Source of the DNA: an uncultured Chlorobiaceae bacterium
GTDB lineage: Bacteria > Bacteroidota > Chlorobiia > Chlorobiales > Chlorobiaceae
Reading direction: 5' to 3'
DNA length: 64,000 nt
Assembly (NCBI GenBank): GCA_903994455.1
Contig: CAJEXI010000018.1
Span: 120-64,119 of the forward strand
The notes beneath the pieces were generated by a model, which was not told the origin of the DNA, searched no databases, and was given only the letters and a program-made list of their open reading frames with translations. Positions within the stretch are counted from its first letter, which is position 1. The number at the start of each line of letters is the position of its first letter. The position numbers were made by a program, and so were the translations under genes. Below are positions 1 to 8,989 of the stretch, piece by piece.

Positions 1-210
1 GGCATAACAGTTGCACCATGATAAAATCTGCCTACCTGATTCTGAAAATAGCACCGTATGAAACCGCAAGCATTTGATCGAAGTGAGCATGTTTATAGAA
101 ACGATGTCCGGCAACTTAAAGCGCTTCAGAGAAACAAGCTTGCCGAACTGACCGGCAGGATGCAGAGTCGTTCAACCAAAGATCATGCCCTGTAATTCCA
201 GATTCCGGGG

Positions 211-625
211 TTACACTATTCTAACAGGCACGTTATCGATGGTAGATGTGATCGGGAGATACATGGGGGCAAGCGAGATGACGCACCCCTGCCCGATCGG
301 TTGTTTCAGTGTTTGAAGTACCTCGAAATGGCCAGTGGCCTCTTTTCCCGGACTTGCCGATTTTTTATTTCTACCGGATAGAGTGTGCCGTTCTGATGAA
401 TGAGCAGATCAATCTCTTTGGCATCCTTATCGCGATAGTAGAAAATGGGGGCTCACTTGCCGTTGTGCCACCAGCTTTTGATGATCTCCGATACCACCCA
501 GCTTTCAAGAATGGCTCCTGACATCGCTCCCGCTTCCAGCGTTTCGGGTGATGTCCAATCGGTCAGCCAGGCTGCAAGTCCCGTATCGAGGAAGTACAGT
601 TTCGGGTTTTTCACCACTCTTTCAT
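211..625 (-). pseudogene. C-terminal fragment of an AAA_14/DUF4143 ATP-binding protein, with a nonsense codon and a frameshift
   Basis: Manual minus-strand translation: RVVKNPKLYFLDTGLAAWL...SGAILESWVVSEIIKSWWHNGK*(TGA 453-455)APIFYYRDKDAKEIDLLIHQNGTLYPVEIK, then a 1-nt loss in the A-run (361-366), then KSASPG...VPVRIV*(211-213). Same motifs as the intact paralogue at 3538-4779. Confidence 0.8.
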
Positions 626-1036
626 AATAAGAAAAAAACTTTTGATATGCAAATATTTTAGTGACTACATTTTTCGCGCATTTTCGCCTTAAAAGTACTG
701 CTTATAAGGAGTTAATGAAAAAGTCGGCTGGAACTTCCGCTCCATCAGGATACCGGGAACGATGGCCTCGGTGCAATTGCTGATGGATCGATATTACCCA
801 CTTTAACCGATACAGAGAGCATTGTTTCTGCGAATGGCGGATACCTGAAGCTTGCCGCTGGTGCTGCCTGGCAGACAAGGCAGTGGCCAAATCGTGCACT
901 TTACGCCACTTACTATGGAAATCAGGTAACCATTTTTCCCATTCGCTACGAAGATACCCCGGTCGAAAAGTGGACGCTTGATACCGGTATCTTTCCCTCG
1001 CCCTCATATACCCGGAGTTTCACGATACCGGGACGC

Positions 1037-3457
1037 ATGCCGCAGGGTTCAGCGGATGCAAGGGAGAGTATCGCGGATGATAACGATGCAGTTGAAAGCT
1101 ATCAGACCGCACTCAGAGAGGAGCTGGGCAAAATCAGCCTGCTCGGTACCCACGCTCTTGAGAATATTCCTGTAGGGTTAACCGAAACCTTTGTCTCTCT
1201 GCACATCTCCGAAACCTGGCGGAGCGACCGGCGGTTTAACGATGCCAACCTCCCCCATGAGGCACTCAAGGAGGAGCATATCCGCACTCCCGAAGAGGTG
1301 ATGCGGCTGGTTTTTGCGAAGAAACGCCTCTTACTGGTTATTGGCGACCCCGGTTCCAGCAAAACTACGCTGCTCAAACATTATGCACTGACCTGCCTCA
1401 AAAAAGAGGGGTATAAAAAACTTGGCTTTACGGAAGCGGTTCTCCCCTTTTTTCTCCCGCTGCGAGAACTGATAGAGCAAGGATCAACCTTTGCTCCGCT
1501 CTCTTGCCAACTCTTTGCCTGGTCTGAAACTCACTTTCTGGATATTGAGGAGAGCCGCTTTGCCGAGTGGCTTAAAAACCGCAAAACACTCATTCTTTTT
1601 GACGGCCTTGATGAAATCAGCGATCCAGAACAGCGCATCAGGGCCTGTGGCTGGATTGACCGGATAGCGTCCCGTTTTACCATGGCGCGTGTTGTGGTAA
1701 CCTCCCGCGCTACAGGCTACCGGAAAGGGGAGGGGATTGAGCTGGCCTCCCTCCATACAAGGGCCGATATTATGGACTTTACAGCGGAGCAGCAGGCAGA
1801 ATTTCTGGAGAATTGGTTCAGTGCAGCCCTTCTTGCTGAATTGCCACCAGCAAAAATAACAGCGGAAAGGTGGAAGGATCTCCAGAAGCAGAAGGCTCTG
1901 CAAAAAGCAAAAACAATCATCGAGTTTTTGGGGCGTGAGGGAAACAAAAGTTTACAGACCCTGGCAAGGGTGCCCATGCTGTTGCAGATTATGGCGATTC
2001 TCTGGAAAGAGCGGGAGTTTCTTCCGGGAACCCGAGTGGAGTTGTACGATGCCGCATTGAACTATATTCTCGATTATCGCGACCGGCAAAAAATGATAGA
2101 GCCTTTGCTTCCAGCCAGAGATGCCTTGCGCGTGCTGGCCCCGGTTTCGCTCTGGATGCAGGAGCTCCTTGGAAAAGATGAGGTTGCGCGGGAGGCTATG
2201 CAGCAGCAGATGCAAGTGCAGCTCAATACGCTCGATCATGCACCTTCCGCATCGGCTTTCTGTAAAAATCTTGTTGATCGTGCCGGGCTGCTGGTTGAGT
2301 ATGGCGACCGGGAGTATGTGTTCCGCCATAAATCATTCCGTGAGTATATGGCAGGCCATCAGCTTAACAACGATCTCAAGCATGAGGGCCGTATCACGAC
2401 GTTGGTGGAGTATTTCGGCAACGACTGGTGGGAAGAGCCACTCCGCTTTTTTATTGGCCAGGTTGATGCCGAAACCTTTGACTCTTTTATGCAGAGGCTT
2501 TTCGACTCGACGGTCAGCGCCGAGATGACGCAGAAGCAGCAGGATTTGCTGGATACACTCATCAGGGAGGCTCCGCAGAAGAAGATTGATGCACTGAAGA
2601 GTAAATTGCTTGACCCGGTGACCACGCCGAACCGGCAGCGATACCTGCTCAAGTCTCTGGAGGGGATCGGCCAGTTTGATACCCATGCTGCAAATGTCCG
2701 TAATCTGTTGCTGCAGTTCAGGGAATCGGGCCTTGGCAACAAGCTGGCAGTTGGCTCAGCAGTTTTAATGACGGACAAGCTTGGTGCCGACTATATCCTG
2801 ATACCGGGCGGAAGCTTCAACTACTCCCTTACGAAAAAGCCGGAAACAGTGCCAGACCTTTACGTTGCCAAATTCACGGTGACGAATCGTCTTTACCGCT
2901 GTTTCATCAGCTATCTCATGGGAAACAAGGTTGAATTTGCTAACAACCTGCCTGTCGCAGCCTATCTGGAAGTCCTGGATGAAAAGGCACGCCCAATCGA
3001 TGGATTCAGCGACTATCTCATCAAGGGTGAAAAAGATCCGGCAACGCTTTTTCGATCTCTTTATGATGACGACAAGCGATTCAACAAGGATGATCAGCCC
3101 GTGGTTGGGGTAAGCTGGTATGATGCCCGGGCCTACGCTCTCTGGCTTTCTCTCCTTGAGAACAATAGCGGTGCCCTTGAGCGCTATCGTTTGCCGGAAG
3201 AGAGGGAGTGGGAATATGCTGCGGCAGGCAAGGAGAGTCGTCTCTATCCTTGGGGAAATGAAGAGCCAACCCCAAAACTGGCAAATTATGATGGGAATGA
3301 AGGTGCCACGACCCCGGTTGGTCGTTATCCCGAAGGTGCCACACCCGAAGGGCTGTACGATATGGCAGGCAATGTGTGGGAGTGGTGCAGCGATTCAGTT
3401 GGTTTATCTTCCGAGCTTTACGGAGGACTCTTCGAACCACTTAAAAGACAAGCTTGA
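1037..3457 (+). CDS. NACHT NTPase + C-terminal FGE-sulfatase (SUMF1/CLec-fold) protein; probably a pseudogene (5' and 3' truncated, Walker A altered)
   Basis: LLLVIGDPGSSKTT (Walker A-like), LILFDGLDE (Walker B), VVVTSR, PMLL, FRHKSFREY; FGE motifs PVVGVSWYDA, RLPEEREWEYAA, YPWG, LYDMAGNVWEWC. The RGGSW..GFR end is absent. The frame is open upstream to 719 with no ATG/GTG/TTG start. Confidence 0.85.
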   Translation: MPQGSADARESIADDNDAVESYQTALREELGKISLLGTHALENIPVGLTETFVSLHISETWRSDRRFNDANLPHEALKEEHIRTPEEVMRLVFAKKRLLLVIGDPGSSKTTLLKHYALTCLKKEGYKKLGFTEAVLPFFLPLRELIEQGSTFAPLSCQLFAWSETHFLDIEESRFAEWLKNRKTLILFDGLDEISDPEQRIRACGWIDRIASRFTMARVVVTSRATGYRKGEGIELASLHTRADIMDFTAEQQAEFLENWFSAALLAELPPAKITAERWKDLQKQKALQKAKTIIEFLGREGNKSLQTLARVPMLLQIMAILWKEREFLPGTRVELYDAALNYILDYRDRQKMIEPLLPARDALRVLAPVSLWMQELLGKDEVAREAMQQQMQVQLNTLDHAPSASAFCKNLVDRAGLLVEYGDREYVFRHKSFREYMAGHQLNNDLKHEGRITTLVEYFGNDWWEEPLRFFIGQVDAETFDSFMQRLFDSTVSAEMTQKQQDLLDTLIREAPQKKIDALKSKLLDPVTTPNRQRYLLKSLEGIGQFDTHAANVRNLLLQFRESGLGNKLAVGSAVLMTDKLGADYILIPGGSFNYSLTKKPETVPDLYVAKFTVTNRLYRCFISYLMGNKVEFANNLPVAAYLEVLDEKARPIDGFSDYLIKGEKDPATLFRSLYDDDKRFNKDDQPVVGVSWYDARAYALWLSLLENNSGALERYRLPEEREWEYAAAGKESRLYPWGNEEPTPKLANYDGNEGATTPVGRYPEGATPEGLYDMAGNVWEWCSDSVGLSSELYGGLFEPLKRQA

Positions 3458-3537
3458 ACCGGGCTGGATTGCGCCGTTGGATTATCTCTCTGGCAGAGTC
3501 TGTTGGTAAAATCCCGCACGGTCTTCTCACCCATCCA

Positions 3538-4779
3538 TTATTGCCCCCATAACGTTGACAATGGAGCTGCCCACAGGCGGTCACCCAGCGGCATGGTTTC
3601 TGTGCCATCATACAGCAAAATGCCCATTTTGAACAGGTCACCAGCAACGCTTGCCAGTTTTTTCAGACCACGCAAATCGGCAGTATGCACAGTGGCAGAG
3701 GCTTTAACCTCAACACCAATCAGTTGCCCGGCGGTATTTTCGATCACCATATCCACTTCAAGCATGTCAAGGTCGCGGTAGTAGAGCAGGCTATAGTCGC
3801 CCTCCGCCGCAGAGCTGTGCTTGAGTAGCTCGCCATAGACGAAGGTTTCCAGAATTTTGCCAAACCTGTTGCGATCGTGCTGCACTTCGGCGGCACCAAC
3901 ATCAAGCAAAGTGGCCAGCAAACCGGAATCAATAAACTGCAATTTGGGCGTTTTGACCACACGCTTGATGCGATTTTTTGCCCAGACCTCAATTCGCTTC
4001 AGCAAATACATCTGTTCGAACACTCCGGTATAGCGCGAAGCTGTCTTGTTATCCAAACCGGCCTGACCACCCAGTTTGGTGTCATTACACATCTGCCCTG
4101 ATACTTCAGCCAGCATCCGTAAAAATCTGGGCAATTGATCGAGCTTGTCAATATTGGCCACATCACGAACATCGCGTTGAATGATGGCATTCATGTACTG
4201 ACGCGCCCATACCGTCCGCCTGCGTGCCTGATGGCGTGAAATTGCTTCAGGATAGCCGCCCCGTAACACAGCTTCGACCAACTTCTCTCCTGTTATTGGC
4301 ATAGTGACCTTGAGTAGCCTGCCTGCAAAAGCCGCATCAAGCCAATTCGAGGTACTTCCACACAACTCGCTTTGCGACAGCGGCAGCAAGGCAAGTGTCT
4401 CCATACGACCGGCCAGGGAATCTGCAACAGCAGGAAGTACCATCACGTTTGCCGATCCGGTCAGCAAGAACCGCCCCGGGCGCCGATCCTCATCAACACT
4501 TTTCTTAATCGCCAGCAGCAGTTGAGGCGCACGCTGAATTTCATCAATAACGGCACAATCAAGGCTGCGAATCATCCCTGTCGGATCATTCCGTGCCGAC
4601 AACAACGTCACCTCGTCATCAAGGGTGAAATAACGCCTTCCGTCGTTCGCCATCTGCCGCACCAGGGTCGTTTTGCCCGCCTGGCGCGGCCCTGCAACCA
4701 AAACGACGGGCGTATCAGCAAGTGCTTCAGCAATGCGTCTTTCTATCAGCCGATGGTAAAGAGAGGCTTTATGCATCAA
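3538..4779 (-). CDS. AAA_14 + DUF4143 ATP-binding protein
   Basis: GPRQAGKTT, IDEIQRAP, LLTGS, GGYPE, KTPKLQFIDSGL, EVDMVIE..GVEVKAS. Confidence 0.9.
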   Translation of the reverse strand: MMHKASLYHRLIERRIAEALADTPVVLVAGPRQAGKTTLVRQMANDGRRYFTLDDEVTLLSARNDPTGMIRSLDCAVIDEIQRAPQLLLAIKKSVDEDRRPGRFLLTGSANVMVLPAVADSLAGRMETLALLPLSQSELCGSTSNWLDAAFAGRLLKVTMPITGEKLVEAVLRGGYPEAISRHQARRRTVWARQYMNAIIQRDVRDVANIDKLDQLPRFLRMLAEVSGQMCNDTKLGGQAGLDNKTASRYTGVFEQMYLLKRIEVWAKNRIKRVVKTPKLQFIDSGLLATLLDVGAAEVQHDRNRFGKILETFVYGELLKHSSAAEGDYSLLYYRDLDMLEVDMVIENTAGQLIGVEVKASATVHTADLRGLKKLASVAGDLFKMGILLYDGTETMPLGDRLWAAPLSTLWGQ

Positions 4780-4785
4780 GGATTT

Positions 4786-4873
4786 GCTTCATAAAATATG
4801 GAATCTGAGGCCGTAAATTAAGGAATCTGCGCTCGTAAAATATGGAATCTGCGTTCATAAATCAAGGAATCAC
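4786..4873. repeat. Four tandem imperfect 22-bp direct repeats
   Basis: gcttcataaaatatggaatctg / aggccgtaaattaaggaatctg / cgctcgtaaaatatggaatctg / cgttcataaatcaaggaatcac, contiguous, ending 6 bp before the start of the minus-strand DUF4143 gene. Confidence 0.85.
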
Positions 4874-5189
4874 TGGCAATATATTGTTGATCAACCAGAA
4901 ACTCTCCACTGATGAAGTGGCACTATCCTGAAGTGATGGTGCAGGGAAATTGATTGCAAGGCATTGTATCTTCCATGAACAGGTAGATCAGGGATGTGTT
5001 CTTATTAACTATCACAGTGAGTTATTCCGTTGAACAACCCGGAAATCCTGGTGCCAGCCAGATGTGTTGTTCGATTGTCGCATAAATTCAGCCTTCCGCG
5101 GTTTGAAGGAGAGTGGGTTACGGAGCCACATCCCCGCAGGCAACGTGTCGGGGATGAAGCATGAATGAGGGATGTAAATGTTGCCGTCA

Positions 5190-5442
5190 GAAAAGTCACG
5201 TTGAAGCTTTAAATCTTTACCACCAAGTTCTGTTTTTAATGCTTCCTCTTTGCCTCGTATATAGTTTTCAACCATTCGATACAATTTCAGCGCGAGCTTC
5301 GGCCGTTGCTTTGTTGGATGCAAGCTGAAGATCTTGCGAAATATCAGTAGCTGAGGCAAAAAAGTAGTCGTTATTGGAGTTTGGTACGTTATACCATGCT
5401 GGTATAGCGCTAAGTTTGACATCCTTGGCGGAGGGTTGCTGG
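5190..5442 (-). pseudogene. Fragment of an LPP20-like lipoprotein gene (frameshifted)
   Basis: KLSAIPAWYNVP..YFFASATDISQDLQLASNKATAEARAEI, frameshift near 5280, then RMVENYIRGKEE. It resembles the LPP20 family from memory; no start or signal peptide is present. Confidence 0.4.
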
Positions 5443-5529
5443 GCGGGTTGTCGGTCGGCTAGTCGCGGGTTCGACGCGCCCGTCAATCGGGGCCGCGCTG
5501 TTGGCTTCCGCTTGGCCTTCGTCCCGTAG
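5443..5529 (+). pseudogene. Orphan 3' end of an FGE-sulfatase/CLec domain; putative DGR variable region (VR)
   Basis: Translates AGCRSASRGFDAPVNRGRAVGFRLAFVP*, the canonical CRSAxR...R....GFRL terminus. Most variable codons are NNC/NNT (agt, ttc, gac, gtc, ggc, cgc, gct), as expected from A-mutagenised AAC/AAT. Confidence 0.75.
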
Positions 5530-5583
5530 TCAGTTGGCTGCTCATTCCGGCTTTGCTTTTGAGCTAAAGCGGAGCAAAAACAA

Positions 5584-5630
5584 GGTTGAGGAGAGCGGCT
5601 GTGAGGGACGAACTGCCGCACTTCTCAACC
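5584..5630. repeat. Imperfect 19-bp inverted repeat (stem-loop) downstream of the putative VR
   Basis: ggttgaggagagcggctgt (5584-5602) pairs with actgccgcacttctcaacc (5612-5630): 16/19 complementary, 9-nt loop. Confidence 0.65.
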
Positions 5631-5666
5631 GGGCAGGTGGGCACCAGTCATCCACCAAAAAATGGT

Positions 5667-8600
5667 CTAAAACTCTATGTTGTATTGCTGGTTAATGAGT
5701 TGCTCCTGTTTTTCAAGCTTTGAGGTTTGCTTTTTGGCTCTTCTTGCCTGCTTTTCAAGAGCAAACTGCTTTTTTTGTTCCAGAGCCCTGCTATAAGCCG
5801 CAATGGCCTCCTGTTTTCTCTTTTCTTCCTGTTCTCGCTGTAGACGATAAAACTCTCGTGATCGTTCAAGCATCTTCTCAAGCTCTTTTACGCGAACAAT
5901 TCCCTGTTCACCACTGATAGAGGGTGCTGGCGACCTCATTCCCGCATCCACAACGCATTGATCAAGCAGGCGGAACGAAGCCTCATAGGCAAACTCGTGA
6001 ATCAGTGGAAGATTCAAAGCCTGAAAAACGGACATCCACCCCTGCTTGTTGTCGGGATCGGAAGAGCGCACCAGAAGTGCCGGATTGAACTGATACCATC
6101 CTTGGGAAAGGCGTTGAAATAATGCCCGGTTATAGGCATAATCGCGCGACACCTCATTCCTTGCAAGAACCGACGAGAGATACTGACGCCTGTTGCGCTC
6201 CGGAGTAACAACATTGGCAGGCAAATTGGCCCAGACTTCCAGAATGGTGCTGGTGTCAACAGCTCCATAGTGAGGACGGGACTCCCGGAGAAAACGTGAT
6301 TTGAAGAGCACCCAAAGCGTCTGGAAAAGGAAGTATTCAGAGAGATGGCGATCGAGGCGAACCATACGCTCCCCAGTGCTGACGTCAACACTGGCAGGAG
6401 CAAGCAGCTCATAGAGCGTACCAAAGTTTTTGCGCGCATAGTCTGGATGGTAAAAGGCTTTGCGCATGGCCCAGTGCAGGGCATTGTAACCATACTGATC
6501 GGTCTTTCCCCGGTCAGCGCCCCGTTCAAGCAATGCCTCCGTTAACGGCACATTGCTGGCAGCAGCGGCGGCCATAAGCGGAGTCTGGTTCATCGGCAAC
6601 CGATGATCAATACCATATTGCTCACACTGCTTCAGAATATTTTTTGTATGCAAGCTGAAATAGGGAACATAACTTTTCCGTCCGATGGTCTCCTTATGAT
6701 CGTCAAATGCGCCGCGAGCATCAAATTGCGCATCTTGTGAAAGCCTTTCCGCTAACACAGGCTCGTCATGGCAGGTAGCATACTCATAAAGTTGCTGCTT
6801 GGCCTTGCTCCCTGGCACCTTGTCGCGGAAAACTTTGACAAGAAGCTCTTGCAGACGAGATTCGTCAAATATCGGCCATGGCGGCGGAACCTCCTTCAGA
6901 ATGGTGCGTCGAATCGCCTCGGCCTGCTCCTGTTTGCCCTGAAGTTCAAGCTTTCTGGCCTCTTTCTGCCACTCTTCAAGGGATGATTCTGATGCGTCAA
7001 CACTCACCTTGCCATCGCTTGCCAAATCAAGGAGGGTAAACAACCGATGACCGGTATCAGATTCAATGATGTAGATGTTCTTGATCGCTCTCGTCAAGGC
7101 TACATAAATCGCATTGACAAAAAATTTATAGACTTCAAGCGATTTGTCGCCTTTGTCTTTTGCCCTTCGATACTCAAGCGTTTCAACAGAAAGTTCCTCT
7201 TTGGAGACACCGTCAACGATCTCATTAAACTCTGCCCGATAGCCCGAAACAAACTTGAAAAGGACGATATTGTCATACTCGAGCCCTTTGGCTTCATGAA
7301 TAGAGAACAGCAGAGGTGTTGCAAAATATTTTCGCGCCTCCAGTTTATCCTCTTCACGCATCACCAGCACCGCAAAACGGGTTGATTGTTTCGTTTTTTT
7401 GTCGAGATCACGTTTTGCCGCATCCTTGTCGGCCATCAGGACTACCTGTCCCTTTTCTCCACCCACTGCCTGAACCAGAAAGTTGCTCTCCCTGTCAATA
7501 GAACCAAAACGCTGATGCTTGATTTTGAGCAGTTGATTGGAAATCCTGGTCGCTTCGGTTCCATTACGAAAATTGGCCGTGAGCACACTCAACTGCTGCT
7601 GGCCAGCCAGTTTCGGATCATTCCAGAAGAGCGTTTTAACCTGACTCCAGGCGAAAAAGTTGGGATGCACAATCTGGTTGGAATCGCCACAGAGAAGGAA
7701 GTGTCCCCGTTTTTTCAGCATTTTCAGCACCAGTGAGAGCTGGGCGATGGTCAAATCCTGCACCTCGTCAATCACAATAAAATCGTATCGGGGAGTAGCA
7801 ACCCACTTATGGGCCACCAGATTCAGGTCGAACAGCCCTTCGTCAGCAAGCCACTGTCGATATTTTTCGAAGAGATCGTACAGTTTGTCGCGCTCATTTT
7901 CAGGAAAAATAGATTGGCGAATCCCGAGGAGCCGATAGTCATCGCGACTCAGTGCAGCTCCTTCACTGGCAGTAATGACACCACGAATCTCCTCAAATGC
8001 CTGATGAGCATCAATACCTTTAAAGGAGTTCTGCATCCTGATAAACCAGGCTGAAAAATCGCGCCATGTAGCCTCTCTGCCAGAAGGAACCCGAAGAGAC
8101 TCAATAAATTCAAGGTATGAAAGAAACTGCGCCTCTTGTCCGGAGTGCTCAAATCCATTGGCATAGTAGATGTTGCGGGCGTTCTGCGCAAGATAGACCG
8201 AGTGGGTCACATAGAGCACCTCGCCTTCGGCATCTTTCAGCTTCTCAAGCATCAGAGCGGTTTTTCCACTGCCGGCGCTGCCAACAATAATCAGTGGAGG
8301 TTTCTGTCGGTAAACGGATTCCTGTGCATCATCAAAGGAGATGGGTTTATCGAGGAGATGAATTGCGGTATGCTCGGGATGGAGGTAGCGTAAAGGCTCG
8401 GCCTCCTTTATCGCTTCAGTGGCATCGATATCAGGAATTTTCAGGTCATCAATCACTGCCCCCCGCAAAAAACGGGATTTATCATAATTATGGCTGGTAA
8501 TAACTTCCAGCATCAGGGCACAGATCTCGTCGCCATGACGCACAATGCTAAAAAGCAATCGGTTGGCCGCATCGAGCTTTGCCCTGTAAAACTTGCCATG

Positions 8601-8726
8601 GGTGAGATTGACCAGTTTTTTGACCTGGGCCGCACGAAAATCGTCACGGGCAAGCGCTTCCTTCACTTTGCGATAGCCTGCTTTGACGTTGGAGGTATCA
8701 AGACCTGTATATTCAAGAATTTTCAT
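5667..8726 (-). CDS. SF1 (UvrD-like) helicase with RelE-like N-terminus and C-terminal ankyrin repeat
   Basis: GSAGSGKT, IVIDEVQD, LCGDSNQ, NFRN, SIHEAKGLEY, YVALTRA; ankyrin QTPLMAAA..LLERGAD..GYNALHWA; N-terminal VKKL..YRAKL..RLLF..LEVI..HNY resembles RelE/ParE. Confidence 0.8.
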   Translation of the reverse strand: MKILEYTGLDTSNVKAGYRKVKEALARDDFRAAQVKKLVNLTHGKFYRAKLDAANRLLFSIVRHGDEICALMLEVITSHNYDKSRFLRGAVIDDLKIPDIDATEAIKEAEPLRYLHPEHTAIHLLDKPISFDDAQESVYRQKPPLIIVGSAGSGKTALMLEKLKDAEGEVLYVTHSVYLAQNARNIYYANGFEHSGQEAQFLSYLEFIESLRVPSGREATWRDFSAWFIRMQNSFKGIDAHQAFEEIRGVITASEGAALSRDDYRLLGIRQSIFPENERDKLYDLFEKYRQWLADEGLFDLNLVAHKWVATPRYDFIVIDEVQDLTIAQLSLVLKMLKKRGHFLLCGDSNQIVHPNFFAWSQVKTLFWNDPKLAGQQQLSVLTANFRNGTEATRISNQLLKIKHQRFGSIDRESNFLVQAVGGEKGQVVLMADKDAAKRDLDKKTKQSTRFAVLVMREEDKLEARKYFATPLLFSIHEAKGLEYDNIVLFKFVSGYRAEFNEIVDGVSKEELSVETLEYRRAKDKGDKSLEVYKFFVNAIYVALTRAIKNIYIIESDTGHRLFTLLDLASDGKVSVDASESSLEEWQKEARKLELQGKQEQAEAIRRTILKEVPPPWPIFDESRLQELLVKVFRDKVPGSKAKQQLYEYATCHDEPVLAERLSQDAQFDARGAFDDHKETIGRKSYVPYFSLHTKNILKQCEQYGIDHRLPMNQTPLMAAAAASNVPLTEALLERGADRGKTDQYGYNALHWAMRKAFYHPDYARKNFGTLYELLAPASVDVSTGERMVRLDRHLSEYFLFQTLWVLFKSRFLRESRPHYGAVDTSTILEVWANLPANVVTPERNRRQYLSSVLARNEVSRDYAYNRALFQRLSQGWYQFNPALLVRSSDPDNKQGWMSVFQALNLPLIHEFAYEASFRLLDQCVVDAGMRSPAPSISGEQGIVRVKELEKMLERSREFYRLQREQEEKRKQEAIAAYSRALEQKKQFALEKQARRAKKQTSKLEKQEQLINQQYNIEF

Positions 8727-8989
8727 GTGACGACGACTTCACTATACTCAGAACTCAAGCGATGCAAAAATATCATCGCGGAAAAATGTCTTTTAAGGTA
8801 ACTCTTTTCAGCAATAAAGCCGAAGCGATAAAATTGTCAAATATCCATTGCCGGATACCTTCATGAGGTTATATTGTGACCTGTGTCAATGAATATTTGG
8901 CTATAAAAATTGCTTTCTTTTGAAAGGGTAACTCTTAAATATAAAAAGGGTTGCCTTTTCATTTTCATATTTGACTTCGGAGAGTTCCC

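Noticed and set aside
58-195. Short 45-codon ORF at the window start
   Set aside because: No recognisable motif; cannot be supported.
4786-4873. CRISPR array
   Set aside because: The repeats are contiguous with no spacers, and there are no cas genes.
3395-5537. TCAGTTGG at 3395-3402 and 5530-5537 as a target-site duplication
   Set aside because: The second copy lies after the VR piece rather than at the insert junction (~5442); an 8-mer match may be chance.
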